A stretch of DNA of 64,000 bases from Camelus dromedarius (taxonomy: Eukaryota). The stretch is from positions 40,550,001 through 40,614,000 of the forward strand of contig NC_087447.1 of assembly GCF_036321535.1 (NCBI RefSeq), in the 5' to 3' direction. The notes beneath the pieces were generated by a model, which did no database searches, was not told the origin of the DNA, and saw nothing but the letters and a program-made list of their open reading frames with translations. Each line of letters begins with the position of its first letter. The stretch's first letter is position 1. Both the position numbers and the translations under genes were made by a program. This document shows positions 11,245-22,632 of this stretch, one piece after another.

Positions 11245-12180
11245 CACCATCAACTGCAGACCTAGGAGTCATTTTTGTCTTTTTTCCCTCCTCTACATCC
11301 AAACCATCAGTAAGTCTGTCAATTCTCCTTCCCAACTGTCTCTCAATTTAGTTTACTTCCCTTTATACAGACTGACACCACCCTCACCTAAGCCAAAATG
11401 CATTCTCCACAAGGCAGCCAGGGCAATCTTTCAAACATTCAGCTCCCATCACATCACCCTACTTTTCAGAATTCTTCCATGTCTCCCATTTCACTTCAAA
11501 TAAAACCCAAACAAACTACTTATCAGGGCACATGAAGCTCTGAATGATCTGTCCCCAAGTGTCTCTCCAATTTTTTCTCACACAACTCTCCCCGCTTGTT
11601 CATTGCACTCGAACAACAGTGATCATCTTTCACACCAAATCCTGCCCCAGCTCAGAGGCTTTGCTCATGCCTTACCCCTGCCTGGAACCCCAGCCCCTAC
11701 CCTGTGTTCTCCATCTTTTTTTTTTTTTTTTTGAAATACAGTTGATTCACAATGTTGTGTTAGTTTCTGGTGCACAGCATAGTGATTCAACATATACACA
11801 TATTCCTTTTCATATTCTTTTTCATTATAGGTTATTATAAGCTATTGAATATAGTTCCCCATGCTATACCATAGGACCTTGTTGTTTCCATCTTTCTTTG
11901 TAACATTGGCTTCTTCAGGTCTCCGGTTAAAAGTCACATTTATAGCCTATCTAAGGAGGCTCTCTGTTATCCTTTCCTGCAACGTTTTATCCTTCACACC
12001 CTTCATGCACTCTGTGGTGATTTTATTTGTATCCCTGTTGATAGTCTGTCTCCCTGTACTAATGTAAGTTTCACAAGCACTGAGGCCACACCTCTCACTG
12101 ACCAGTTATATGCACAGCTGCTAGCACATTGCTGGGCATGTAGCAGGCATCGATAAGTATTAATTAAATGAAAGAAAGAA
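11245..12180 (+). mobile_element. L2 LINE 3' region, interrupted by the L1 at 11719-11886
   Basis: 'cctaggagtcatt', 'ttctccacaaggcagccagggcaatctttcaaa', terminus 'ctagcacattgctgggcatgtagcaggcatcgataagtatt'. Confidence 0.8.
11719..11886 (-). mobile_element. Severely 5'-truncated L1 3' end (~170 bp)
   Basis: T-tail then 'gaaatacagttgattcacaatgttgtgttagtttctggtgcacagcatagtgattca'; TSD 'tccatcttt' at 11710-11718 and 11887-11895. Confidence 0.88.
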
Positions 12181-13544
12181 AGGATGGACATAACTGCTAT
12201 GAGAATTCAGAGTAGTCTCAGGAGAGTTTTTCTAGGATGTGATGGCTAGAAAGAGCATTAACCTAGCCAGCTATACCAGCATGTAGCATCTGTACAGTAT
12301 TGCTCACAGAGGGAAGCCTTTTAAAGGATCTAAAAGAGTTGAGAGCCAGAGACTGAGATAATGTTAGCTTATCTCTAGCACTGTTCAGAGGATGTTCTGG
12401 GTTCCAGACAAATTATCATTTTCATTTTTCTCTGAAAACTAATGACTTAGCATCTGGTTTATCAATCAGTGTCTTGTAAGTTTGGTTGGCATGCATTAGA
12501 GCTCTTGAACCTGATCAGTTCTGAGAAAGCGGACAGATCTAATCAGCTGAGTGTCTGATACACCTTGGTCTCTTACTAACCCTTAATCTGTTGTTTGGCT
12601 CTGACCCAGCTCTCATTCTGCTCTGACTCAGGGTGCGCAATTCTGGTCCTGCCTATTCTGTCTCCACTTTCTGACCTTGGCCCTTCCTCCTCTCTGCTTA
12701 ACATCCCATCTCCTTCCTTCCCATTGTATGCCTTGATATAGTGAACTCAAGCCAGATTTCAGGCTTAAGAACCATTAAGTTGGGATACATCTTCATGTCA
12801 GTAAACTGAAATTAACTTATTTTAGGTTTGACAACATTATGTCAACATAGTTGGCAGCCCCTACTGGTGAAGTGTGAGATTACAACCTGGCTCTGTTAGA
12901 CATGTCCAGGTGAAAAAATAGGAAAAAAACAAAACTCTAGGATCTCTGAAGTGGGACTGGAAGACTGCCCAGATGTAGAAGAATACTGAGTTCTGGAGGA
13001 GAGTAACAAGATAGAATTAATAAAATGAGAAGATCTACAAAAGAAAAGTAAATTTCTAAATGTGGGGAGTATTCCTCTTAGGGTCAGGGTCAGCTAGTTC
13101 CTTTCTATTATTCTGGTAAATATGGAGGAAGTTACTCTTCCTTGTCTCCATTTTCAGCTCCCTGGTCTGGTTTTATTATTATTAATTATATTATTTTAAG
13201 ACCATAGGGATCGTCTGATGAAAGATTTGGCTGTGATTTGATAACTCATCACTCTTAAGAGTGAGAGTGTTCAGGATCCTGGACCACACTAGTGTGTCTG
13301 GGTCTGGTTGTTTCTGAGTACTTCCCGGTACAGACCTGCACTGAAGTGTAATGTATGGGAAAGTTGTGGAGTATAACATGCTTATTATCTATGAACTTAT
13401 TCCGTCTTGTCTGCATCATACACACCTGTTAGAGCCTCTACCACTTCCTCTTCCCTTAGTCCCATTACTCTCATATTTGTAAAAGGAACAAGCTAGAAAT
13501 AGTGGCACTAACAACAATCATGAAAGTATTCAGGATTCAGCCAA

Positions 13545-13715
13545 GAAGAGAAATGACAAAGATGTGGGTTCAAATCCCAGCTTCAGCACTTATTTCCTGT
13601 GTATCTCTCTGAGCTTCAGTTTCCCCTTAACAGCACTAAAATCACAAGGTCCCGGTGAGGATTCACTAAAAGTAGGCAGAGTACCTTACATGGTGTTTGC
13701 ACTCAATAAATTTTC
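13545..13715 (+). mobile_element. MIR SINE
   Basis: 'gggttcaaatcccagcttcagcactta...tctctgagcttcagtttcc...gcactcaataaat'. Confidence 0.7.
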
Positions 13716-14029
13716 CTTTCCCCCCTTCTCAAGTATGTTAACTTTTTAAAAGTCATCTGGAGAGGCAAGGATTAAAACCAAAGAATGTTGCTTTAACGGT
13801 ATAATTTCAGGCGGTGAGTGGCGTAGATATTTTTGGATTGCAGCTCCTCATGTGCTCTGGACATTATAACATGGAGGTGACTTCCTTCTCTGCCTGCATT
13901 TAATGGCAGTTGGGCTTTGTCACTATGATTTCAGTATAATAAGCCTTCCTGGTCCTCGTCTCTGGACTATAAAATTGATCCTGTTGAAAGACACAGAAGG
14001 GGAGAGAGATTCTTTGACTAAGTTTTGTT

Positions 14030-14250
14030 TAGTTCTAGTAAATATTTCTTGAATCCCCTCCTTCCTCTTCAGCCCCATCCCCACTGTCATGGTTCAGGAA
14101 TTCATCATTTTCTACGTGTATCACTGCATCAGCCTCCTAACGGCCTTCCTCTCCTCTCCACCCTTCACACAGCAGGCAGAGTGATCTTTCAGAAACATGC
14201 GTATGGTCCTGTCAACTCTTTACTTAAAAGCCTTCCATGGCAGTGTGCTT
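14030..14250 (+). mobile_element. L2 fragment
   Basis: 'ctgcatcagcctcctaacggccttcct...cttcacacagcaggcagagtgatctttcagaaa...cttaaaagccttccatggc'. Confidence 0.7.
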
Positions 14251-14319
14251 TCTAGCCACAGTGGTTCTCAGCCTCTGGTGTCATAACACATTGGGGTGTC
14301 ACATCGGTTGTAAGACAGA

Positions 14320-14435
14320 TTCATCCAACCACCCATTCAACAAATATTTCTTGAACATCTACTATGTGTCAGTTACTGATGTCAGTGTTTGGGGAGGGCA
14401 TCAGTAAACAGAACAGATGAAAATCTCTGCCTGTT
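14320..14435 (-). mobile_element. L2 3' end fragment
   Basis: 'cattcaacaaatatttcttgaacatctactatgtgtcag'. Confidence 0.7.
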
Positions 14436-15713
14436 GTCAGAAGCTTGTTAGTAATAAGAGTTAAAGTCCTGAAGATTGTGAATGATTTATCTGTTTGAAT
14501 ATTTTAGTGGATACGTGTTTATTTCCACAATAGCATTATCCTAAATCACTTGCATGGTGAGGAACTCCTTGATGGGGAGTGGAAGGGGGGATTTATAGCT
14601 AGTAGTCCGGGAATTGTGTGTAAATCTGGGCAGGCCTGTGGCAGTGTGCATCTGAATAGTGTCATCATTTGTCCAAAAAGAAAAAAAGTTAGTATTGCTT
14701 CTTGTCCGCAAGAGAGGGGGCATACAGTTTTTAGCCTTTGTTATTTGGCCTCCACTTACCCCATTGACCTCATTCTCTACTGCTCCCTGCTTTTCATGGC
14801 ACACTATTTGATCCTTACCCTTTCAAACTGATTGAATGTCTCACGATTAGAAGGGTTTGAGTCATAGATAACTGGAGTACATAAATAATTTTCTTACTAC
14901 AAGGCCAGAGGTCACATCCTTGTGAGAGAAAGGACTAAGTCCATATTGTAAACTGAAAATAAGGAGCCAAAAGGGAATTTGGTGGGACTATCAAATTCCT
15001 GCTATTAGATAATATTTATAGTGTTTTAGAAAAGCATCTATCTTGGCATTTGATGAAAATAGACAGTGTTATGATAATAAATCTGAAAACAATTATTGGT
15101 ATGTTATTCTTTGATCAAAAGTATAGTAAACACATTGGAGGATGGAATAGTTTTGGAGGATAAGAGAGAAGTTGTGCAGGGACTAGTCTCATCTTGTCCA
15201 TGTATGAGGTAGGAATGGACAAAAATGAACTGGAGAAGAAGACTCGGACTATCACATGGAACTCCTGAGTGATGCAAGTAGGAACAAAGGTCTGGAAGAT
15301 TCCTGCAACCATCAGGACTGCTCCCCATTGCGAAGTGGGCTTCTCCCACACTTCCAGTCAGTGCACACTATGTACAGCCTTACCTCTGAGCGACATGCCC
15401 AACTCATCTTATGCTCAGAGCAAAGTTTTTCTCTTAATTCTTTCAACTGCAGATGTTGGAACTTGTCTTCCATTTGTGATGTCAAAAGTGATGCTTAACA
15501 CACCTTGTGGCAGCTTGAAGAGGGAGAAAGTAAGGTATCAAAGAAGCTGCTCTTGTCCGGGTTTTTATAGCAAGGTGTGAAAGTGAAAACTTTAAGCTAG
15601 CACAGAGATGGCTGGTTGGAAAAGATCTGGTTAAGAGTCCAAAAGTGGTGTTGGGTGGACAGTCCCCTACATTTTTGACTCCAGGATACTCAGTATGGCT
15701 GGTTAGTAGTTCA

Positions 15714-15864
15714 TTAGGGCACAGTCATTACGAGGTGTGGGAGAATTGAACAACTTCCAAGTCATCCCTCGGATATATTTCAGTGTCTTTCCTTAGGGCA
15801 CAGTCATTACGAGGTGTGGGAGCATTGAACAACTTCCAAGTCATCCCTCGGATATATTTCAGTG

Positions 15865-15871
<7 letters not shown>
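15714..15871. repeat. 79-bp direct tandem duplication (2 copies)
   Basis: 15714-15792 and 15793-15871 are identical except 15744 a/15823 c and the last base. Confidence 0.95.
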
Positions 15872-15925
<54 letters not shown>

Positions 15926-15949
15926 TCTCTTTCTTTCTCTCTCTTTCTT

Positions 15950-15981
<32 letters not shown>

Positions 15982-16021
15982 GTTTTTTCGTTCTTTCTTT
16001 CTTTCTCTCTCTCTCTTTCTT
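15867..16021. repeat. (TTTC)n/(TC)n microsatellite
   Basis: Directly visible. Confidence 0.95.
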
Positions 16022-17669
16022 ATTAATTAATTAATTAATTTTCAGGGTTTTTATTTTTATTTTTAATTTAAAAAATTAAAAAAAATATTTCAGTGTCTTG
16101 AAGCAGGAGACAGAAGCAGGAACTCAAAGCTACGAGTCCTTCTGGGGAACATAAGGAGGAAGAGAATAGCAAGCAGGCCAAGGGGCCCAGAGCCCGTGAT
16201 TCTTCCACTATTGAAATAACCTTTGGAGATTATGTCACAATGTTCTCAGGGCCAGGGCCTCTTAGAGAGCTGTGCCCCTCCCCACCCCTTTCTGCCCCCC
16301 TAAACAGGGCTCAGCAATTCTCTCCTCACAAGGGCCACTATTCAGTTATTTTGGTCCTTGCAGCCAAAGCCTCAGTGGCTGGCCTCTCTCCAGCAGTGGG
16401 TGAAATGCGGTGAGGGGCCATGCTGGGCTGACCCACACTTTGTAATTAACCCTCCTCATTAGCAGCTCCCTTGCTTCCAATGGGGCAGTGCACACATGTT
16501 TGTGGTTATGTAACTGCCAAACAGGGTTGGGCCGGCCGTTTGTTGGCATCCTAATTGTCTCCAATCACAGGGAAATGAATTGCAGTGAGCAAAGTAATGA
16601 GAAGCGATGCACCCTGGCTGCCAGCCAAGGGCTCCAAACTGTCAGCTGCAAAGCCTGGGAATCTGCCATCAAAGCAGGGCACTGGGGGCTGGGCTGGGGC
16701 CAGGGAAGCCAGAAGCCAGGTGCCAACCTGCTTAAGGAGGGCTTTTGGGGGCCAGCAGGAGAGGTGTTGGGACCTGGGGAAGGACAACACTTGAGTGCAG
16801 GAGAAAGGACAGATTTGAGCACTTTCTCTTGCAACCTCTCCTTCCTCTCGTCTGATCCCCAAATGCCTCCAATGCCACCTGAGCAGTGGACTTGAGAGCA
16901 CAGGGAAGTGAAGAGAGGGCAGGGCAGGGCATAAAGAGGAGGGGAGTTCATAAAAGAGGTCGGCATGGGTTTCACTGATGGAGAGGGGGAAAAAGATCTC
17001 AACGAACTGTTATTCTCTACCCCACCTTGAGTTTGCTGTTGCTGCTGCTGCCATGGTGGTAGCTTGGGTGGTGCTTGGGTGGTTCTGGCCCCACCGCCAT
17101 CACTGTGGCAATCACTGCTGCTGCTGGTGTAGTTATTTCAATGATGGGGATTCCAACGATGAGTGACAATAGGCATGGAAACTCCAGAGTTTCAAGTCAA
17201 GATTATCTTCTATGAGTGAAATTAGGCAGAAGAAAAAAATGTCATAGAATGAGACCAATGCTCTCTAGAAATGTCCCGAGAGATCATAAAACGGGCAGTT
17301 AGTAAAAGGCGGTTATTAAAAAGGAGTTTAGGAGTACCAAGTCTATTGAGCCTCGTCGAACCGGAGAATCTCACATCTTTATGTGCATTACCTTGGCTGC
17401 AGCTGGAACCTAATGACTGCTCGATGCTTGAAGAAGATTTGCTGATAGAGAAAACTGGTCTGCAATGAGCTTGCAGGGGGGAGTCCCTTAGGCCAGATTT
17501 GTCACTGAGTGCCCAGCATCATCTAGGGAAGAGGGTCTGAAAATCAGGCAGAGTATTCTTGACCTAAAGAAGCCCTCCTGTTGTAGGTCAGAATATTTCA
17601 TAGGGGCTCACAGTGGTTGAGTGGAAATTTCTCCAGAACCATTCAGTTCCTGTTGATGTACTGACTTAC

Positions 17670-17955
17670 GAATTCATTCCATAAATATTTATTGGATACC
17701 AACTTTATGGCAGACACTTTGCTAGTCCCTGGGAATAGAGAAGTGGACAGAGCAGACACAGCCCCTGTCACCATGGAGCATTTAGCAGAGGAGAGAGTAC
17801 GGAGAGTGGGGCAGGAGGGTCCTGGAGGGAGAGCGAGCATGGTATGTGCAGAGCACGGAGAGAGGGAGAATGGCAGGGTGACTGGTGAGGAAGGCGGGGC
17901 CCAGGTTGGGGAGGGCCTTTGCCCTGTGCTCAGGAACTTGGACCCTATTCTGATG
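17670..17955 (-). mobile_element. L2 3' end fragment
   Basis: 'ttcattccataaatatttattggataccaactttatggcagacactttgctag...gacacagcccctgtc'. Confidence 0.7.
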
Positions 17956-17963
17956 GCAACTCT

Positions 17964-18410
17964 GTTAATTAGAACTTTTTTGGTTGCAAGTGAAAGAAAT
18001 TCAACTCAAGTACCCTGTAGTCAAAAGGGGAATTTATTGGCTTGGAAGCCATGGGAGAGATGAACACTGTTCACTGATAGGAGGATCAGAGATGAGGATG
18101 GACTCAGGACACCAAGGGATGGGGAGCTTGAACATGGCTAGGATTTCCCTGCCTCTCCCATGTGCCAACTTCTGCCTCTCTTCTTACACACTTTTTCCAA
18201 ATGGTAGCGAAAATGGCTACCTATAGTTTCTGAGTTTTACCTTCTAGCCTCCACCACTGGAGAGGGACTCACTGTCCTTCCTCCTGTCCCAGGTCACATA
18301 TCCTGGGGAGGAGGCTTATGGCTTATTTGGGTCCAGGGTCCACCCAAGACCAGTCAAGTCTGTCTAGAAGGTGGAGTTTATTAAAGAACTCATCAGCTGC
18401 TGTAGGAACT
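17964..18410 (-). mobile_element. MaLR LTR (MLT1K-like)
   Basis: Antisense 3' end 'tgttaattagaacttttttggttgcaagtgaaagaaattcaactcaa...aaaaggggaatttattggct'. Confidence 0.6.
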
Positions 18411-19436
18411 ATGTAACTTGTGTGGGGTGAGGTGGGGGTACTGGATATCCCGTGGATGTCTGCTACAGCAGTCAGTGCCCCCTAGGCAATCTCTAGATTT
18501 CTAAAGCAGGTTTCCAAGGTACCGTAATTCTGGAACAGATGCAAATACTGGTGTTAGGTCACTGGAAAATGATATCATATTTGGCAAGTAATTGATTAAT
18601 AAGTCATATATGTATATGACTTATGGCTTACAGCAGTGGTTGGCACATAGTATGCTACCTAAGTGTTAGTGATTATCATTATGATAACGATGATGATGAT
18701 GATTATCCATTCCCTTTGTGTATAGGGGCATAATTCAGTTCAGGACTCACACAGCTAACAACCAGGGTTATAAAGACCCTGTCTAGGTAGGGACAGCCTG
18801 AGCCTCCAGCCAGTACTCTCCGTATCTCCATTTCATCTCCCTGTAGCTTCACTCTCAATGACAGCAATTTTGATGGATGCCAGGGATTCTGTTACTAGGA
18901 AGTAATGATAAGTCTCCAGCAGTAACCATATTTTCTTTCTGCTATTCACTTCCAAACACATGGTATGTGCTCAATAAGTAGTTGATACAGGCAAGTGATA
19001 AATGAAATCGGACTAGAGAACTCTTCTCATTGTGCGTGCCTACATTTGAGTAAGCTAGGGTTTTTCACCAAACTTTTTGTTTGCAGCAGAATCTCCATGG
19101 ATCCTCTAATAACAACCTTGACAGGCAAAGCTCCAAGCAAACATTAATTAGGTCTCTTAACACCCTTGTAAATCAGTGAGCCATATGGCAGTTATAAAAA
19201 AAAGAGATAATTTTAAGGAGCAAGAAATCTTAAAATGGTTGTTTACTTTATCGTAACAGAGAAATAATTTACATCTACACACAAAAATGAATATTCAGAA
19301 CCATGAGTAGGACAGAAATGCTTGGCTTATTTCTGATGAGCTAGAATCAACAAGATTAGATTTTTGATCTCCCTGAGGGCAAAAGTGTAAGCATTCTCTT
19401 CTTTGTGTTCCCAATTCATATACCTTGTCCTTGACC

Positions 19437-19602
19437 CAGACTGTCTGATAGAACTTTCTGTGATGGTAGAAATGTTCTACATCTGCACTGTCTAATATGA
19501 TAACCATTAGTGGCTAGTGTGACTGAGGAAATAAATGTTTAACTCAATTTTAATGTAACTTAAATGCCATATGTGGCTACAGTCATCATATTGGACAGAG
19601 CA
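19437..19602. mobile_element. MER3 hAT-Charlie MITE
   Basis: 'ctgtctgatagaactttctgtgatggtagaaatgttctacatctgcactgtctaatatg...atattggacagagca'. Confidence 0.8.
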
Positions 19603-19759
19603 ATCTCAGGCCACAGTGTGCAGATTTGGAAACTTACTGTGATTTGGAAGGGGACATACAAGAGATGTTAATATAGTGTTAACCAGATTGTAGTCTACAT
19701 GCAGGGTGCGGGAATTGTCATAAGGGTGAGATTATTCATTATCTCAGTCATCACCGGCC

Positions 19760-20000
19760 ACTCATTCATTCATTCATTCATTCATTCATTCCAAAACCAT
19801 ATATTGAGCACCTACTATGTGCCAGGCTCTGCACTGAGCAAGAAGGCTACAATTAAAGGCTAATAATTGTTCTGGTTTAGGGATGAAGTGGAGACATGAG
19901 CAGATTAAAAAAGAGATATTGAAGTTGTGATGTGTTGTTTAGATTAGGGGCAAGCACATGAGCCGTAGGACTATAGAGAAGGGGAAACTAATTCAGCCTG
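19760..20000 (-). mobile_element. L2 3' end with (TTCA)n tail
   Basis: 'cattcattcattcattcc...attgagcacctactatgtgccaggc'. Confidence 0.8.
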
Positions 20001-20414
20001 GGGGGGGGGTAAAGAGGGGTGGGCAGGTCACAGAAGGTAAAGTTTTCTCCTTCCATCCTTCCTTCCTTCCCTCCCTGGGGAAGATAACATTTTCTTTAGT
20101 GAAACCCTGAGGTTGCATCTGAAGTAATAAGGGTGCTGCTGGCCAGATGCACACATAAGTGCTCCCTTCTGAGAAATGGTGGGGATGTCTGGGGTGAAGG
20201 GTGCTGGAAGGTCTGAAGTTGGCTTTGGGGAAAGCAAAGAGCCTGGCATGGTACCAGGGGAACCATCCTTCAGAAAGAGAAATGTACTTACTTGAGCAAC
20301 CTGGGTTATGCAGGTGGGCTGACGGTAATCTGAGCAAGGTGAGCCTTGAGGTGAGAAGGCTGACTCAGTGACTTTGCTGCTTTATATGCATGAACATCTT
20401 TCTGGGGTCCCTGC

Positions 20415-20767
20415 TGTCTTAGTCCTGCTCAGGCTGCCATAACAAAATGCCATTGATGGAGTGATTTAGCAGACATTTATTTCTCACAGTTCTGGAGGCT
20501 GGGAAGTCCATGATCAATGTTCTTGGTAAGAGTTCTCTTCTTGGCTTGGAGGTGGCCATCTTCTCACCATGTCCTCACCTGGCCTTTCCTCAGTGCATAT
20601 GGAGATAGCTTTCCTCTTTCTCTTCTTATAAGGACACTCTTTCCATGATGAGGGCACCACCCTCATGACTCTAACCCCAATTACCTCCAAAGGCCACATT
20701 TACAAAGACCATCATGTTGGGGATTGGGGCTTCAACATATGAATTTTGGGAGGATAAAAACATTCAT
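20415..20767 (-). mobile_element. MaLR solo LTR (MLT1A-like)
   Basis: 'tgtcttagtc..ctcaggctgccataacaaaa', 'tttatttctcacagttctggaggctgggaagtcc', 'ttcaacatatgaattttggg'. Confidence 0.88.
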
Positions 20768-21229
20768 CTGCATTGAGCAAATGACCAGGTTTGAGGCTTG
20801 GTACACACCTTTGGATTTCTCAAAGGTATATGCAGAGTTTGCTTCTACCTGTATCGCAAGACCATTCATAAAACCCAGGCAGGAGCAGAGGGGCTTCTGA
20901 CTGCAAATGTTGCATAATTGATATTCTGCTCCCTGCTAGGTGGGCCTGGAAGAGATTATTTGTCCTCCTGGGGTTTGCCTTTCCCATCACACGTCTCTTA
21001 TTCAGAAAGCAAGGGTCTGTGTTCCCTGAATATGCACAGCTGGCTGGCCAAGGAGATATGAGCTTGAAAGAGATCGGATGGTTGGCAAAGGTCGGCTTGG
21101 GTTGAAATTATTAAACAATTCTAAGTTGCTTACATCTACCTGTCATTCTGAAAGTGGTGGCCCCTAGGAGTAAAGCTGGGGTCAAGAAGAGATTAAAAGG
21201 AAAACCTCGGGGTTACTATTAGGACACAG

Positions 21230-21330
21230 TTTTGGAGGTCTTGAAAAGTAGTGAGTTCTCCTTTATCAAAGGTGTGAAGGTAGAGGCTTGATGACAGTTT
21301 GGCAAAGATGCTATAGGGTGGCAAAACCAA
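21230..21330 (+). mobile_element. L3/CR1 (or MIR3) 3' end fragment
   Basis: 'gtagtgagttctcctttatcaaaggtgtgaaggtagaggcttgatgac...agatgctatagg' resembles the L3 terminus. Confidence 0.5.
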
Positions 21331-21409
21331 TGAATGAGGGCTTAGACTGTGAAAGCAACAAACAGAATAGACTGTGGATCAGAGCATCATGTACATTCTC
21401 TGCCGAATC

Positions 21410-21600
21410 ATGTGAGTAAACAGATCATTACAGTGTGGGGCTCAGCGGGGGAAGTTCAGGGTGCTTGAGAGCACATTGGAGGGGATATGTTACCCAGACT
21501 TCAGGAAAGCTGGGAAGACCACCCAGATGAAGTGATATTTAAGCAGAAGCCTAAAGGGTGAGTAGGAGTTAGCCAAACAAAGGGGTCTGGGATGGAGGGA
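21410..21600 (-). mobile_element. L2 fragment
   Basis: 'gaagtgatatttaagcagaagcctaaagggtgagtaggagttagcca'. Confidence 0.6.
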
Positions 21601-22431
21601 TACAGACCACTCCACTTTGTAATTCTCACAAAGAACTGTCTGGCTCAGAATATCAATAATGCCAAGGTTAAGACACCTCAATCTAGCGTCAATTGGGAAT
21701 TCCTCTCTTGTGAGACGTGGCACCCCTCTTGATACCATAGGCTATTTGAATGAGTTTTGTTGCTTCCTTATTTAAAATGTGTTCTATATTCATCAAGCAT
21801 AACAATCTTCGACAGAATCTAAGACAGAGTAGTGTAGAAAAGAGAGTAGGGCCATTCTTTGCAATACTAGTTCTTTGTGGCCCTGTGAGTGCTGGGAAGG
21901 CAGTGGTGAAAGTGTGGATGATGCAATGAAATGGAGCTATGACCAATAACCCATGGAAACCCTGCTTCCCCCGCCTCTTGGTACCTTCTTCAGGATGATG
22001 CTACCCAGTCCACGTCACTGCAAAGTTCCTTCTCACTCTCCTCTGTGACACCTCCAGCCCTCCAGCTGTTAGGACTCTGAAGGGTATAGGCCGAGCCTGT
22101 GCTGTTTTGGGGGAAAAAGATGGAGAATGAGAAACAGACTTATGGGAGGCATTAAAGATCTCTGGGCATTTTGGGGAAAAATGGAATCTTGACCTGATTT
22201 CCACAGCTAAATTCCAAGAATAGGCTTATAAGTTTGGACTCTCTCCCTAGGGCAATATACTCATAAATGTTCAGTTAAATGTTGAGAGAACTGAAGTTCA
22301 GTTTTATGATTAACTAACTCTAACTTTATTTGTCATAATCTTTTATATTGCTCACGTGCAGATTGTATGGTCACGTCCAACACTGTCTTCTCTGTGGTTG
22401 TTTGAAAACTACTCTGGCTTTAATATGCTGG

Positions 22432-22632
22432 AGAGACAGCATGATATAAAAAGAATAGATGAAATTTAGAGACAGATTATGAATCCCACATCTGCAGAAT
22501 TAGCTGTGTGACCTGGGCCACTTACATAATATCTCTGAGTGTGTTTCCTCGTTTGGGATTTCAGGGTAACATCTGTCTCATGGGGAGGGTCTGATACAGC
22601 ACCTGACATGTAATAGTGTTCAATAGATAATC
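22432..22632 (+). mobile_element. MIR SINE
   Basis: 'tagctgtgtgacctgggcca..ttacataatatctctgag', 'cacctgacatgtaatagtgttcaata'. Confidence 0.7.

Noticed and set aside
15714..16099. Direct repeats resembling a CRISPR-like array
   Set aside because: Mammalian DNA; only two adjacent copies plus a TSD, and no spacer architecture
17025..17165. Minus-strand polyQ/polyS-looking stretch (..PPWQQQQQQTQ) with a donor-like end
   Set aside because: In-frame stop just upstream and no acceptor; degenerate GCT/GGT low-complexity sequence
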